DNA from: Eutreptiella sp. 'Long Island Sound 2002'
Taxonomy: Eukaryota; Protista; Euglenida
Reading direction: 5' to 3'
Assembly (NCBI GenBank): GCA_964036045.1
Contig: OZ038378.1
Span: 104,656,001-104,720,000, forward strand
DNA: 64,000 nucleotides
Shown here: in pieces, positions 1-11,187 of the stretch
Layout of the letters: the number at the start of each line of letters is the position of its first letter
Numbering within the stretch: the stretch's first letter is position 1
Program-made: the position numbers and the translations under genes
The notes under the pieces: generated by a model
What the model was told of the DNA's origin: nothing
The model's input: the letters and a program-made list of their open reading frames with translations, nothing else
The model's database searches: none

Positions 1-855
1 AACCCAAGGAAAGTATCTATGCAACCCCAACACTCATGCAGTACACTCGAAAGTCGCATTAAAATATTCGGTTGCACGGTCCAAGAGTTATATATCACTT
101 TATACCCTCTTGACCATTATCCCTTGCTACACCGGGCATGTGTACGCACCAAAGGCGTTTGATGCTTCCTAAATTAAGTTGAGACCAAGGCAGTTCCAAC
201 CCAACCTTCATTATTCTCTTTTCTCACACTCGCTCGTAGATATGGCTCTTCAAAGTGGTCCCACGATTCGCTTTTGTTTCCCTTATATCTCCAAGTCAAA
301 TTGGTGGCAAGTATAAGGGAAACCTGATTCGGGCATAGGGAAAGGAGTACGACCAATCGAAGAAGTCCAAATCAAGTGCGGCGATGTCGAAGTCGAAAAT
401 CCGATTTGGACATCGCGAAAAATTCTGATTAAAATTTCCGGTGCTTATTTAGAGAATTGCGGAAGCAACGAACCCTTTGCTGATGAGATCTGACCCTACA
501 ACGGAATATCCGTCAAAATATCTGGAAATAACAGTTAACCAATCGGTTAACGCAAAATCGCGAGCCAACTGACAGTCGCCGATACATTGACTATCAGAAC
601 GAAAGGCTGAAAAATTACGGAAACATTATGATAATAAAACCCTGTTGATTCCTGATATTCTGATATATAAATCTCCGCTGGCGGCGCCTCGGTTCTGAAT
701 ATGGCCGCTCATAGCCGGAATGGCCAAACCTATCACACTATCACATCGGGTTAGCTCAGGTGGATGGGAGAGTATGATATCAGCCAATGGCGGCTTGCCG
801 GCACATAGATACACACCCCAAGTGACCCCAATATGGCCACGGGGGTCCGGACCGG
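1..855. repeat. Left copy of an ~860-bp repeat; inverted partner at 62407-63263; runs off the window start
   Basis: The reverse complement of 1-855 aligns by eye with 62407-63263 (e.g. ...gtgaccccaatatggccacgggggtccg vs cggacccccgtggccatgtttgggtcac; ccaaggcagttccaacc vs ggttagaactaccttgg). Diverged copies, no shared ORF. Confidence 0.9.
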
Positions 856-885
856 CTTCAGCCTCGGCAGGAGGCGGACGGCCTG

Positions 886-1479
886 GTGGAACAAGAGGAG
901 GACGGAGAAGGGGTAGAGGAGGGAGAGGGAGCGGTGGAGGACAGTGGACGGGAGAGTGCTGCTGGCGACAGAGGGGACGAGCGAGATAGTGGAGGGGGGA
1001 CAGGAGAGGACAGGGAAAGGGACAGCAGCAAGCGAGGAAGGGAAGAGGACGAGCAGGAGCCACCAGAGAGGCAGCAGGGAGGGGAGGACGAGGATGGGAG
1101 GCCAAAGAGGAAGCAGGCGAGGGGAGCCACATACGGAGAGGAACAAATAGGCCGGGAGGAACAGGGAGCGGTGCGACAAGGGGTGACAGTGTATGGTCCG
1201 TACGAAGTGCGTGGGAAGTGGAGGATGTATGTGGGGACGGTGGAGGAGATGATTGAACAGCAAAAACCCACGGAGCATGTGACGAAGGCGGCCATCGTGC
1301 AGTGGGAGGATCAGGGGGAGGAGAATGAGGAGAGACTGCCATACCCGGTGGAGAGATTGCAGATATGCCTGCAAGGTAGAGAGATGGAAATACAGGGGCA
1401 GCTGGTTCTGGAGCAGGAGGCGCCTGAGTTGGAAGGTGAGGAGGTGTCGACAGGGAGTAAAAAAAAGAAGCGGAAGTGA
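886..1479 (+). pseudogene. N-terminal region of the LINE polyprotein (acidic/Gly-rich, then a possible small beta-barrel domain)
   Basis: 197-aa ORF directly upstream of the endonuclease; contains VYGPYEVRGKWRMYVGTVEEM...AIVQWED. Confidence 0.5.
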
Positions 1480-1615
1480 CAATTCATGAAGCGGTGGGCG
1501 GAGAAGAAGGCGAAGAAAAGCCCCAGGCGACAGCAAGGCGGATGGAGCGGTGGGGAAGGAAGATGCCCGCTTGAGCGCAGGGAGGTGCGGGAAGACAGAG
1601 AGGGCAGGTGGCAAC

Positions 1616-2310
1616 CTATGAAGTTGTACACTCAAAATGACCCCGCGGCACTGTTTCGGGCGGATAAAGCAGGGTGGCCGCAGATGAGACTGCATGAGGC
1701 AGACCCTGAGGTCGTGGCGTACCAGGAGATACGGTTGAAGGGGAAGGACAACGTTGTGTGCGCACAGATGTATGACAAGGAGGGGAGAGAGTACCAGCGG
1801 GAATAGGCACAAGGGGTGCCGCTGTTGTTGCGCAGAGGACTCAGCGTCGTTCAGGACAAGAAGTTGGGACCGAGGAGACGAAGGGCGGACTATGATGTGG
1901 TGACGGAGCATGGACAGGTGGTAATCATCAACTGCGATGTCCTGCATGGAAGGAGGGTCAAGGAGTATGTGGGGCAGCTGAGAATGGAGTACATCAGGGC
2001 GCTGGAGAGGGGGCCCGTCATCGTGGTTGGGGACTTCAACTACCATCCGCTGAGGAGAGGCGCGGAGACGGAGGTGGACCGCGAAGTGGGGATGTTCGTG
2101 GAGGAAATGCGGCTACAGGATGTGTCATACAGTGAGGCACCAGGCTCCTCACACTACCCGGTACCGAAAGGCAGCACGGCGTCGCGGATAGACGCGGTGT
2201 ATGCGGACCCAAGGTGGGTCAAGGGGGTGAACGCGGGGTATATGGTGGCGCCAGACAAAATGCAGCACAGGAAAGGGCATTGCCCAATGATGTTGACAGT
2301 GGACGTGAAG
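1616..2310 (+). pseudogene. Apurinic/apyrimidinic-like endonuclease domain of the LINE
   Basis: Motifs MKLYTQN, AYQEIRL, VIVVGDFNY, SRIDAVY and GHCPMML; in-frame stop at 1804-1806. Confidence 0.9.
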
Positions 2311-3029
2311 GTCGGGGAGCCGGGGGACGATGAGGAGGATGAGCAGGGGTTGGAAGAAGAGGGAGGCAGTCTGCCCCCACGGGTACAATGGCTGGAGGAG
2401 GGGGATGAGAGGTGGAAGCAGTGCGGACAGCAGGTGCACGTCGAAATGAGGTGGGGGAGCCATGTGCATCAGGCCATGAGGACAGCAGCAAGAGTTTGCG
2501 GGTCTAACAGACAGGTGGAGGAATCGCAGGCACAGCTCAAGCTGCAACAACTCATAGCAACACGGAGGAAGCGGCAGCAAGAGGAGGTCAAAGCGAGGGC
2601 GCAGGCAGAGGGGTGCGAAGTGGCAAGCGGAAGTGGCACAGGCAAAGAAGAGGGTACAGGCGGCAATGAGGGCGTGGAGGATGAACATGAGAGGATATAC
2701 CAGAAGGTGGTGGCCCATTTTAAAGCTACATGGAGAGAGTAATGCAGTACAACTCGCTGCGGTACGTCCGGGAGCTCGCGGAGGGTGGACGGCAGCAAGA
2801 TATCCGGGCGGTGAGACGGCAGGATGGCAGGGTCACCGGCAACAAACGGGAGGTGCTGGAGGAGGGGGCACAGAGCTTCAGGAAGCAGCACAACCAGGGG
2901 CAGCAGGCGCTCAGCAGAACCACGCAGAGGAAGGTACAGGCGTTGCCAAGGTTGTTCACGGCAGAGCAGAGCGACGCAATACACCGCAGCAGGGTGACGC
3001 TGGGGGAAATAAAGGAGGCGGTAGGGGCT

Positions 3030-4617
3030 CTTAAGAGAAAAAAAAGCCCGGGAGTGGACCAGCTGGTGGCGGAGGCATACGAGCACCCAGAGGCACCAGA
3101 GCTGGATGGTCTGGCGGACAGGGTCACGAATGTGTAGCAGACAGGCAATCCCCAAGCGGAGTCGGGGGGCAAGGTGCGGCCCGTGTATAAGAAAGAGGAT
3201 CAACTCAGGCCAGGGAACTGGAGGCCCATATGCTGTTCTGTCACGGAGGCCAGTCTGGTGTGGATGGTGATCTTCGGGAGGATACAGCGGCGGCTGTATG
3301 CGGCGGCAGTCATACTGGACAGCATGTGGGGGTCCGTGCCGGGCAGGTCCATACAGGAGGCAAGCTTCCTGTACGACATGTACATCGATGATGAGGACCT
3401 GGAGGCATTCATGGCGTCCGCAGACGTGAAGGAGGCGTTGCCAAACACGCCGCACAGGATCATAGAGGAGGTATGGCGGCAGCTGGGGCTCCCGTACAGT
3501 GACTTCGTAGGGAAGTACCTGCGCTCAAGAAAGTACACAGTCGCCACAGGTAAGGGCTGTACGGAGTGGGTAACCCCAGGTAGCGGTGTGCCACAGGGCG
3601 TGGTGGAGGGCCCATTCCTGTACATGATGGCCATGCTCCCCCTGATGAGTTGGATAGCGCGGGAGTATCCACAACTGGCGAGGGCACCACACACGGCACC
3701 AGCGCAGGCGTATGTGGATGATGCGGTTCCCATGGCCCGGGATGAAAAGGCTCAACAGGTGGTGCAGGACCTGATGCAGACGCATGGGAGGGATAACCAC
3801 CTGGTCTGGAGCCCAGAGAAGTCGGCGGTTCTGAGGAGGGGTGGCGAAGGTGGTATGGCGCTGGAAGTGGGGGACGGGTTGGCGTGGCTGGAGAGGGCAA
3901 AGGAAGCGGTGGTTCTTGGACATGTACAGGCCATGGAGGCGGGCCCCGTCAAGCTGCAAGAAAAAATGCTCAGGGCGTTCAGGGCGATGCTGGTGGTCCT
4001 CCGGAATCACCCCCCGTCAGTACAGACGACCCTGTACTACCTACGAGCACTGCTCAATGCAGGGATAGAGTACGAGGAAATGCACCTCCTGCACTGGAGG
4101 GGGCAGTTGGAGGAGGTAGAGGGGGAGGTGGGGGGGCTCATCAGGGGATATGAGGGGATACCCCCGGAGGTACCATGGTGGGTGTTGCGGACGCCGACTG
4201 CCTACTATGGGGGGGGGATGCCCACGGCGGGGGAGGCGTACAGGGCACATACGGCGAGAACGCTGAGCACGATGTGCCACAATCAGGAGGAGGTGGTGCA
4301 ACGGGTGTGCTATCACGCGGTCACGGAGGTGCAGAAGGAGGAGAACATGTGCCCGCGCTATGTGGGGCACAGGCGAAGGCGGCTGGCTGCAGGGAAGAAG
4401 GAGCGCATGTGGCGTGTCCTACAGGCGGTGTCGGCGGGGGAGGAGCACATGTTGGCGAGCAACAGGACGTGCGACAGGCGTGGACCGGTCCTGGTGCTGG
4501 ACGTGGAGTTCGGGGGGCCGCCGAATGTCAGGAAGGAAGGAGTACGTTTGGAGGTGCTGCACGTGCGCAAGATTGATATGAAGGAGTACAGAAAAGCAGG
4601 ACTGCACCACGCGGAGT
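3030..4617 (+). pseudogene. Non-LTR reverse transcriptase domain and thumb/linker
   Basis: KKSPGVDQL, PGNWRPICC, ASADVKEALPNTPH, GSGVPQGVVEGPFLY and QAYVDDAV (YxDD) in ORFs 2730-3137 and 3174-4688. Confidence 0.95.
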
Positions 4618-5109
4618 TGAGAAGGTTTTATAGTGATTTTAACACTGTGTGTTTGTTGTGCCTCTCCTGCTGCTTGCTGCTGCTGTAGGGTTACCTGCTG
4701 CTTGTTAATTGATGAAAAAAAGGTTTATTTTTGCTGCAATACAACCAATCCAGGATACCCCAAGCCAGAGAGAGGCAAGTGGAGGAGAATCTGGATCAGA
4801 GCATGAAGGGCTGCAGTCACAAACAGTTAGATAAAGAAAACCATCAACAATAGACCACAGCAATTAGCATACATTGCAACTCAGGATGAAATATTTTACA
4901 TGATTGAGAAAAGCTGATTGGAAAACTGCCCCAAGGGCTCACTCTCATCCTCAGTGCCATTTTGAGATGTACACTCCTTGTTTTTGGGTCCCAAAGCGCT
5001 GAGGTGGCATGGCATGTGGCGATGAGGTCACTGCCATGTCACATGGGATATTCCTACTTAGCTAGGCTGACCAGGAATTGAACCCAGGACCTCTCAAAAA
5101 GATGTTCCA

Positions 5110-6359
5110 GCCCTGTCTGTGAAATCAAGCAGGTTCACCACGATCTTGGAGGTGGCAATAGCCTTAGCCTCCTGAGACCTGCGTCCCCCAGGGCGTCGGG
5201 TCTTCTTCTTCTTCTTCTTCATCTTCCCACTTGGGTTCTCGGGGTCCTCCGGGTCGTCGTCCTCCGAGGGCGAGGAGAAGTCATCGACGGTGGTTCATCA
5301 TCGGAGGGATTCCCGCCTAGGTCACTGGAGCTGTAGGGCTCCACATCCACCATTGCCCTAAGGACTGTCAGCCCGGGCCAGTCCAGCTCGGCTCTCGTAG
5401 AATTCCCCACGTTTGGCTGGGCCGTCCTCGGCACGAAAGGGCTTCTAGGTATCACAGCAGGGGTTGGCATCGGTCGGCTCCTCAAGGCTCCCCAGGGTGT
5501 TCGTCAGCCCTGCCTCCAGGTGGTTGGCCTGTACTCGATGGGGTGACATTCCCACCGTGGTAGGTGACGCTCGGGGCGGTATCAGGGACTCCATTTTCTC
5601 TCGAATCTCTTGAGTGAGGTCACCAACATATTTAGACATGGCTCCTCGGAGCACCTCGTTGATCTCCGACCGCGTCAGGGACCTGTTGGAGGATCTTTCC
5701 GATCCTCTACTCCTGCTCCCGCATGACTCAGGTCCTCTCCCCAACCCACTCAAGGTTGCATACCCAGGAACATCCACATAGGCTCCCGTAGCGGGTAGGG
5801 GATGGTGATAGTCAGTCGCATACCATCGCGGAGCAGAACTGGAGGTCACCGGCTCACTGGTTGTAGTTGCTTCTTGAAACGCAGTGGTAGGTGGGTTCAC
5901 ACCATAGGCAGGGTAGGTAGGCATACCAGTAAAGCCTGTGCCCTCAGCCATAGGCGGGTTGGTTATGGGTGTGGATGTTGCAGCGGCTGGGTCTGAAGTT
6001 GGGAGTGTGGTGGTTATAGGAGAGGATGATGCGTGGAGGCCAGAAGCGCTTGGTGCGCCTTCGAAGGTAGGATCATTCGTCGGGTCGTGCCCTTCGTCTG
6101 CTACTTCTTCTGCTATGCTTTCTCCGGCATCCTTCTCGCTCTCTCTCTTTCTCTTCACATGATGTGTGTCCACCTCCTCGACTGAGAGGGCCCGGAAGGC
6201 CGACTGAAGTCCTTCCATCGAATCCTCTGCAACGTCCACTGGCCCATGTAAGGGCTCCGAAGGTACAGCGCTAGGTCCAGGTCCAGGTTCACCAGGTGCT
6301 GGCATTGCTGGTGCCTCAGGCGCCCTCTTCACGTCGGTGTCCTCTTTCTTGGTGTCCAT
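5110..6359 (-). pseudogene. gag-like N-terminal fragment, frameshifted and truncated at the 3' LTR
   Basis: 304-aa low-complexity ORF starts ~100 bp after the PBS and continues across frameshifts to ...SQEAKAIATSKIVVNLLDFTD, where it joins the downstream repeat. The gag call is positional. Confidence 0.5.
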
Positions 6360-6454
6360 ACTCGTTCGCCCTTCTTGCTTATATATGACTCATCGCGGCG
6401 CACTGGATGTACGGCACGGGGTTGCTGCCCGTACGCAGAGACAGTCTGCCCCTT

Positions 6455-6462
6455 GCTACCAG
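6455..6462 (-). promoter_or_regulatory. Primer-binding-site-like motif (TGGTAGCA, initiator tRNA-Met type)
   Basis: Lies immediately 3' of the upstream LTR on the minus strand; complementary to the ...UGCUACCA end of eukaryotic initiator tRNA-Met. Confidence 0.6.
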
Positions 6463-6902
6463 AAGGTATTATAGTGATTTCAACACTGTGTGTTTGTTGT
6501 GCCTCTCCTGCTGCTTGCTGCTGGTGTGGGGTTTCCTGCTGCTTGTCTTTGATGAGGAAAATATTTAATTTGCTGAAATACAACCAATCCAGGATAACCA
6601 AAGCCAGAGATAAGCAAGTAGAAGAGAATCAGGATCAAAGCATAAAGGGCTGCAGTCACAAAGAGTTAGATAAAAAAAACAATCAACAATAGACTACAGC
6701 AATTAGCATACATTGCAACTCAGGATGAAATATTTTACATGATTGAGAAGACCTGATTGGAAAACTGCCCCAAGGGCTCACTCTCATCCTCAGTGCCATT
6801 TTGAGATGTACACTCTTTGTTTTTGGGTCCCATAGCGCTGAGGTGGCATGGCATGTGGCGATGAGGTCACTGCCATGTCACATGGGATAATCCTACTTAG
6901 CT

Positions 6903-6980
6903 AGGCTGACCGGGAATTGAACCCAGGACCTCTCAAAAAGAGGTGCCCCAGCCCCCTAGGGTGCATACCACTAGGATAGC
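6903..6980 (-). pseudogene. tRNA-Pro-like segment (A and B boxes) inside the LTR; 3' half repeated at 5063-5094
   Basis: The minus strand reads CTAGTGGTATG...GAGAGGTCCTGGGTTCAATTCCCGGTCAGCCT, resembling eukaryotic tRNA-Pro (CTAGTGGTATG...GAGAGGTCCCGGGTTCAAATCCCGGACGAGCCC). The anticodon arm is altered. Confidence 0.6.
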
Positions 6981-8249
6981 TAAGAATTCATGAGAAAACA
7001 TAGATAAATTAATAGGCTCTGCCCTGGATATGTCAGTTCTCAGTCAACTCTGGAAAGTATGAATAGCCTCACATTAATAGGGGATTAAGGGGTCCACTCC
7101 ATATCCTGATTTAGTGTTTGGTTCCATAAGTCAAAATGGGCTGTCACCCATTTTGGTTAGGCCAATACTAAGATAAAAATGCTAGAGTGCTTAATGCATC
7201 TCTAATACAACTAGAGTATGCCTCAAGGCATTGGAAAAGCACTTTTTCTTACTGGCTCTATCGGGACTCCAGAGTCGAGGAATGGGGCGTATGCATGTGG
7301 ATGATGAGGAGAGCGCGGGCACAAGAAGACCGCGGTAGGTGGGACAGGCGGATGCAGAAGATGTGGAACGAGCGGGTGGCGCAGTGGGGGATCATGAGGA
7401 AGAAAACAAGGCGCGCGAGGGGAGCAAAGGCAATACAAGAGAAGGTGGTGCTGGACAGGGGAGAAAGGAACAAGGCCAGACCGGACATACTGTTGTGTGC
7501 GCTGCTGAGACTCAAAGGGCCGGGGAGAAAGGTGTAAAGTAAGAGCCGATAGTGGTACGATGTCCATGCGGATATGTTTCGGAGAGACAACATCCTGGAG
7601 GGGGCAGGACAGGGGGACCAGTGTTGGAGATGCACCAAGGAGGCGTGGCAGGTACCGTGGCTGGTCCTGAGAATGACGGCATAGGCATTCCGGACCGCGA
7701 CAATGCGCAATACGGACGCCAGGGGACGGTGGTGGGGGCCAGTATTGCGGCTGCCCAGGGAGGTGCAGGAGGATGAGGAGGCCCAAGAGGGCGCGGAGGT
7801 CTTGTGGGGGGAGGAACAGGAGGGGAAAAGAGCAGGAGTCCTGGTAGAATGGGACACAGTGCAGGGACCGCAGGAGAAGGATGGTGGAATGGCGCTGAGG
7901 TTCCGGATGACGGACACGAATAGGCCCAAAGAAGAGGCGCCCATAGTGCCCGTGGGCCACAAGTTTGGGGAAAGTGCGAGGAGGATCAAACTGACGGTCC
8001 ACGGGTTGCCAGTGGACAGAGTATGGTACCTGGTTCCTGTGCAAACATACCTGGAGCAGGGCAGGGCAAAGGCAGACAGGGCATGGTGTGGTGGCTGGAA
8101 GGCCAGGACGGACAATAAGTGGGCAGTGTACAGGGGGGTGAGAGAACTGAGCGTCGAGGATGGCGTACGAGAGTATGGCATAGGAAGGCACAGGGTGTAC
8201 TGCCACTACCCCAGGGAAGTGGTGCGCATACCGGAGCCCACAGAGGAGA

Positions 8250-8670
8250 GGGTGCTGATTTTTCTGGACGGGTCCGGGGTTGAACGACAGCCCCCCAAGG
8301 CGGAGGCAGCGGCTATAAGGGTCAAGGAGTTGGGACAAGAGACGGAAAGCGTGGTGGACAAGATGGTGTACGGGGCAGCGTCCCATGGAGAGGTACAAGC
8401 CGTGGCGGACGTGGTTGGGAAGATAGGGGAGGACGTAGGGGAAGTGTTGATGCTGGTGGACGCGGAAGCGGACATGGCGTCCCTCAGGAGACTAGCCAGC
8501 AGGTGGTGCATGAGGCCCTGGGCACGGGGCTGGCGTCGCAGGTGTACGGGATATGGCACAGGCTGGAGATGAAGAAAGTGCCCCTGGTCATACACCTGGT
8601 AAAACGGGAGTCACATCAAGCGGGAGTGGGGAATCATGAGGCGGATGGAGCGGCACAAGCAGTCAACCAG
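8250..8670 (+). pseudogene. RNase H domain of the LINE
   Basis: VLIFLDGSG ... SHGEVQAV ... MLVDAEAD ... (frameshift) ... ESHQAGVGNHEADGAA: the D-E-D-H-D catalytic pattern. Confidence 0.85.
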
Positions 8671-9049
8671 AAGCAGAATCCGGAATGGAGGGTGCCAGAG
8701 AGAAAGCAGCACCTCCACTTGGTACATATACCTCCAAGAGTGGGGGAAGAAGAGAAAGCCCAGTGGGTGGTTGAGGAGGACAGGGGCAAACGGGAACTAT
8801 GAGTGTACCCACAGCCGGTGCAAATGCTAGCTCAGGTACGAGGGAGGTCGGAAACGGTAGAACTGAGCGAATGCTTGCAGGGCAAGGTGGGACAGCGGGT
8901 CCACTTCCTGAATGTGCTGAGGCCAGAGACGCTACCCAAAAGGCTGCAAACTAGACGACTGGAGGCAATCACGGGTCAGGTGCCAGTGCGAGAGACGTTC
9001 ATGAGGTGGTACAGGCATAAGGGAATGGACCTTCCAGAGGAGTACATGA

Positions 9050-9100
9050 GATGCCACTGCGGCCGAGGGCAAGAAACGTACCAGCACTTCAGGCGGTGTG
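9050..9100 (+). other. C-terminal zinc-knuckle-like motif of the LINE polyprotein
   Basis: CHCGRGQETYQHFRRC in ORF 8803-9162. Confidence 0.7.
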
Positions 9101-11187
9101 AACAGTATATGTGGGTTTTGGAGCCGCTGGTTAGGAATCAGGACATCCCGCTGCTCAACTAGGGTGAGAAAGGCGGACGAGCGATGGAGAGGGAGGTCAG
9201 GGAAGAAGGGCATCGCAAGGGGCTGTGGCCATGGTGATCGTGAAATCAGTATGGCGGGGACTCGAGCCACTGACCGAACTCCGGCGCTGAGCAGGCCCTA
9301 GGGGAGCGGACCGGGGCAAGACAGCAAGTTGATGGCCCAGCAGGCCCACGAGCGCGTGGCGGATGACGCAAGGCAAGAAGAAGGGGCAGCCAAGAGGAAC
9401 CAAGAGGCGCAAGCGGACACGAAAAAAAGAAGCAAGGGGTGCGAGGACAAGGAAGAAACCGTCCAGTACGTGACCAGCGGCCGCCTGGGAAGTGTCCACA
9501 GTACGCAGAGGCATGGAAGACGACCAGGAGCAGCGGTACGCCGGGAGCACAGCACACAAAGGGCGCGCAAACAGTGGCACAGAGGAGACCGCCAGGTGCG
9601 GGGCGCGGGTAGAAGAGGGACGAGACGACACGGCCAGGGCTCGAACAAGATGCCATGTGTGCAGAAAGATGTCCCGCAAGCCTAAGCTGAAGTCAAGCCA
9701 GTCGCCGGCAGCGGAGGAGGCGCCGCCACTGCAGGCCGTGAGGAGATAAGGGGGGCAGGGGCTGGTGGGAGTGAGGGTTGACGTGGCCGGAATGCAGTCG
9801 GCCCCAGCCCCGCAGCCCCTCTCGCCGACGTCCTTGGCGGCATCCGCACAGGTGTCATCATCCTCGTCTCCGGAGAGTCCGGACACGGTCCAGCAGGAGG
9901 GGCGGCGAACAGAAGAGCAGAAGAGGAGAGACTAGGCCGCGGTAGAGACAGGGTAGGGAGAAGAAAGGGGGGGGCAAGCAGAGACAAGTCGGGGGGGGAC
10001 CGAGGTGGTAGCAGCGGGAGCTGAAGGGCAGGGGGAGGAGCGGGAGGAGCAAGCGGTAGCGAGGCGGCGGGCGGACCTGTACAACCTGGCAGAGAGCAAC
10101 ATGCTCGACGACATCCTTGTGGTGTCGGAGGACGAGGGGGAGGAGGAGAGGAGGAGGGCAGTGGAGAGGGGCCCAGGGCAGCCGGCGGCACCCAATGTGC
10201 CGGCTGCTGCCATGAGGTCCATCCTCCCAGAGCTGCAGAAGAATGAGGAGGGCAAGAGTAGGCGAGGACGGGCGGAGGCCGGAGCAGCAGAGAGCGGGCA
10301 CAGCAGGGTACGCACCGGAGGACAGGGGCAGACAGGCAAGGCAGGGAAAGGGCAGGCGGGGGCGTCAGGGGCCAGGCATGTGACAGAGCCCCTGGGGGGG
10401 AAAGGGGGAAAAGGGGGCGCACAGGGTCGACAGTGGCCGCAGCCTTAACGCTCGTTCAAACAGCCGCCGCCTGCGTCACCCCCACAGGTCAGTGCGGCGG
10501 TGCGGGCAGAGGAGGAGAGGGAGGCACGCTGCCAGCAGGCGTGGTACGAGGCGCTGGCGCACATGGAGCGCCAGCGCCGTGACCACCAACCCCCGGAGCC
10601 GGGGTCAGACACCATCTACCGGCTGGAGATAGTGTCAGGGAGGCGGGGGTCGAAGCGCCAGGGTGGACAGGAGGGGTAGGGAGGGGTGCACAGCGGACAA
10701 CCCAGTGGCGGGCTGGAGAGAGGGGAAGAGCAGGCAGGATAGAGCAGAGCAGGAGCGGCGGGGCGCCGGGGCCAGCGGGAGGGAGGGCAAGAGAGTGGGA
10801 GCCAGCGAAGTGGACAGGCACGGAGCGCGGTGCAGGGCAGTGATGCGGGGCTAGAAGAAGGCGTTAAGAGCTGGCATAGTGGGCACGGTGCGCAAGGGAA
10901 GGGAGCGGGACAAGAGGGGCTCCAGGGAAAGGGACACGGCAAGGCGAGACCCCAAGGAGCAGGCAGCAAGGGGCACGGGAAAGCGGGGCAAACGGGCAAA
11001 GGGCAGGGGAAGGCGGGTGGCCGTGGGTACATGGGCTCACCAGGGTTCCCAGGGTAGGTATTGGTTTGGTGGGGAGGTATAGTCCGGTCAGCCATCCCGC
11101 CAGTCATCCCACAATATTTGCCACCAGCTTACCCTGCGATGGGGATGATGTACCCACCCCCACCAGCGTACCCGGGCTGAAAAAAAA

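Larger units (their letters stand above)
4618..7225 (-). mobile_element. Internally deleted LTR retroelement (5' LTR ~7225-6463, gag N-terminus, partial 3' LTR ~5110-4618) inserted in the LINE
   Basis: ~490-bp direct repeat at 4621-5110 and 6463-6952; minus-strand termini TGAG...CTCA; PBS-like TGGTAGCA after the upstream repeat; gag-like ORF 5445-6359 on the minus strand. No clear TSD found. Confidence 0.75.
856..11187 (+). mobile_element. Degenerate non-LTR (LINE-like) retrotransposon with APE-RT-RNase H-zinc knuckle layout, 5' truncated, interrupted by an LTR element at 4618-7225
   Basis: Collinear domain motifs on the + strand across frameshifts and stops; the reading frame ends ...YPPPPAYPG-TGA at 11178-11180, followed by a short A run. 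Confidence 0.85.

Noticed and set aside
3638-3660. CTGATGAG as a hammerhead ribozyme core (also GTGATGAGTCC on the minus strand near 60545)
   Set aside because: There is no matching stem II plus GAAA, and the first instance is within RT coding sequence.
6903-6980. A functional tRNA gene
   Set aside because: No canonical acceptor and anticodon arms can be folded together with the A box, there is an internal T5 run, and it is embedded in an LTR. Kept as tRNA-derived only.
4618-7256. DIRS/Ngaro/VIPER-type split direct repeat element
   Set aside because: No B1-A2-B2 arrangement and no tyrosine recombinase were found; a PBS plus TGAG...CTCA ends fit a deleted LTR element better.
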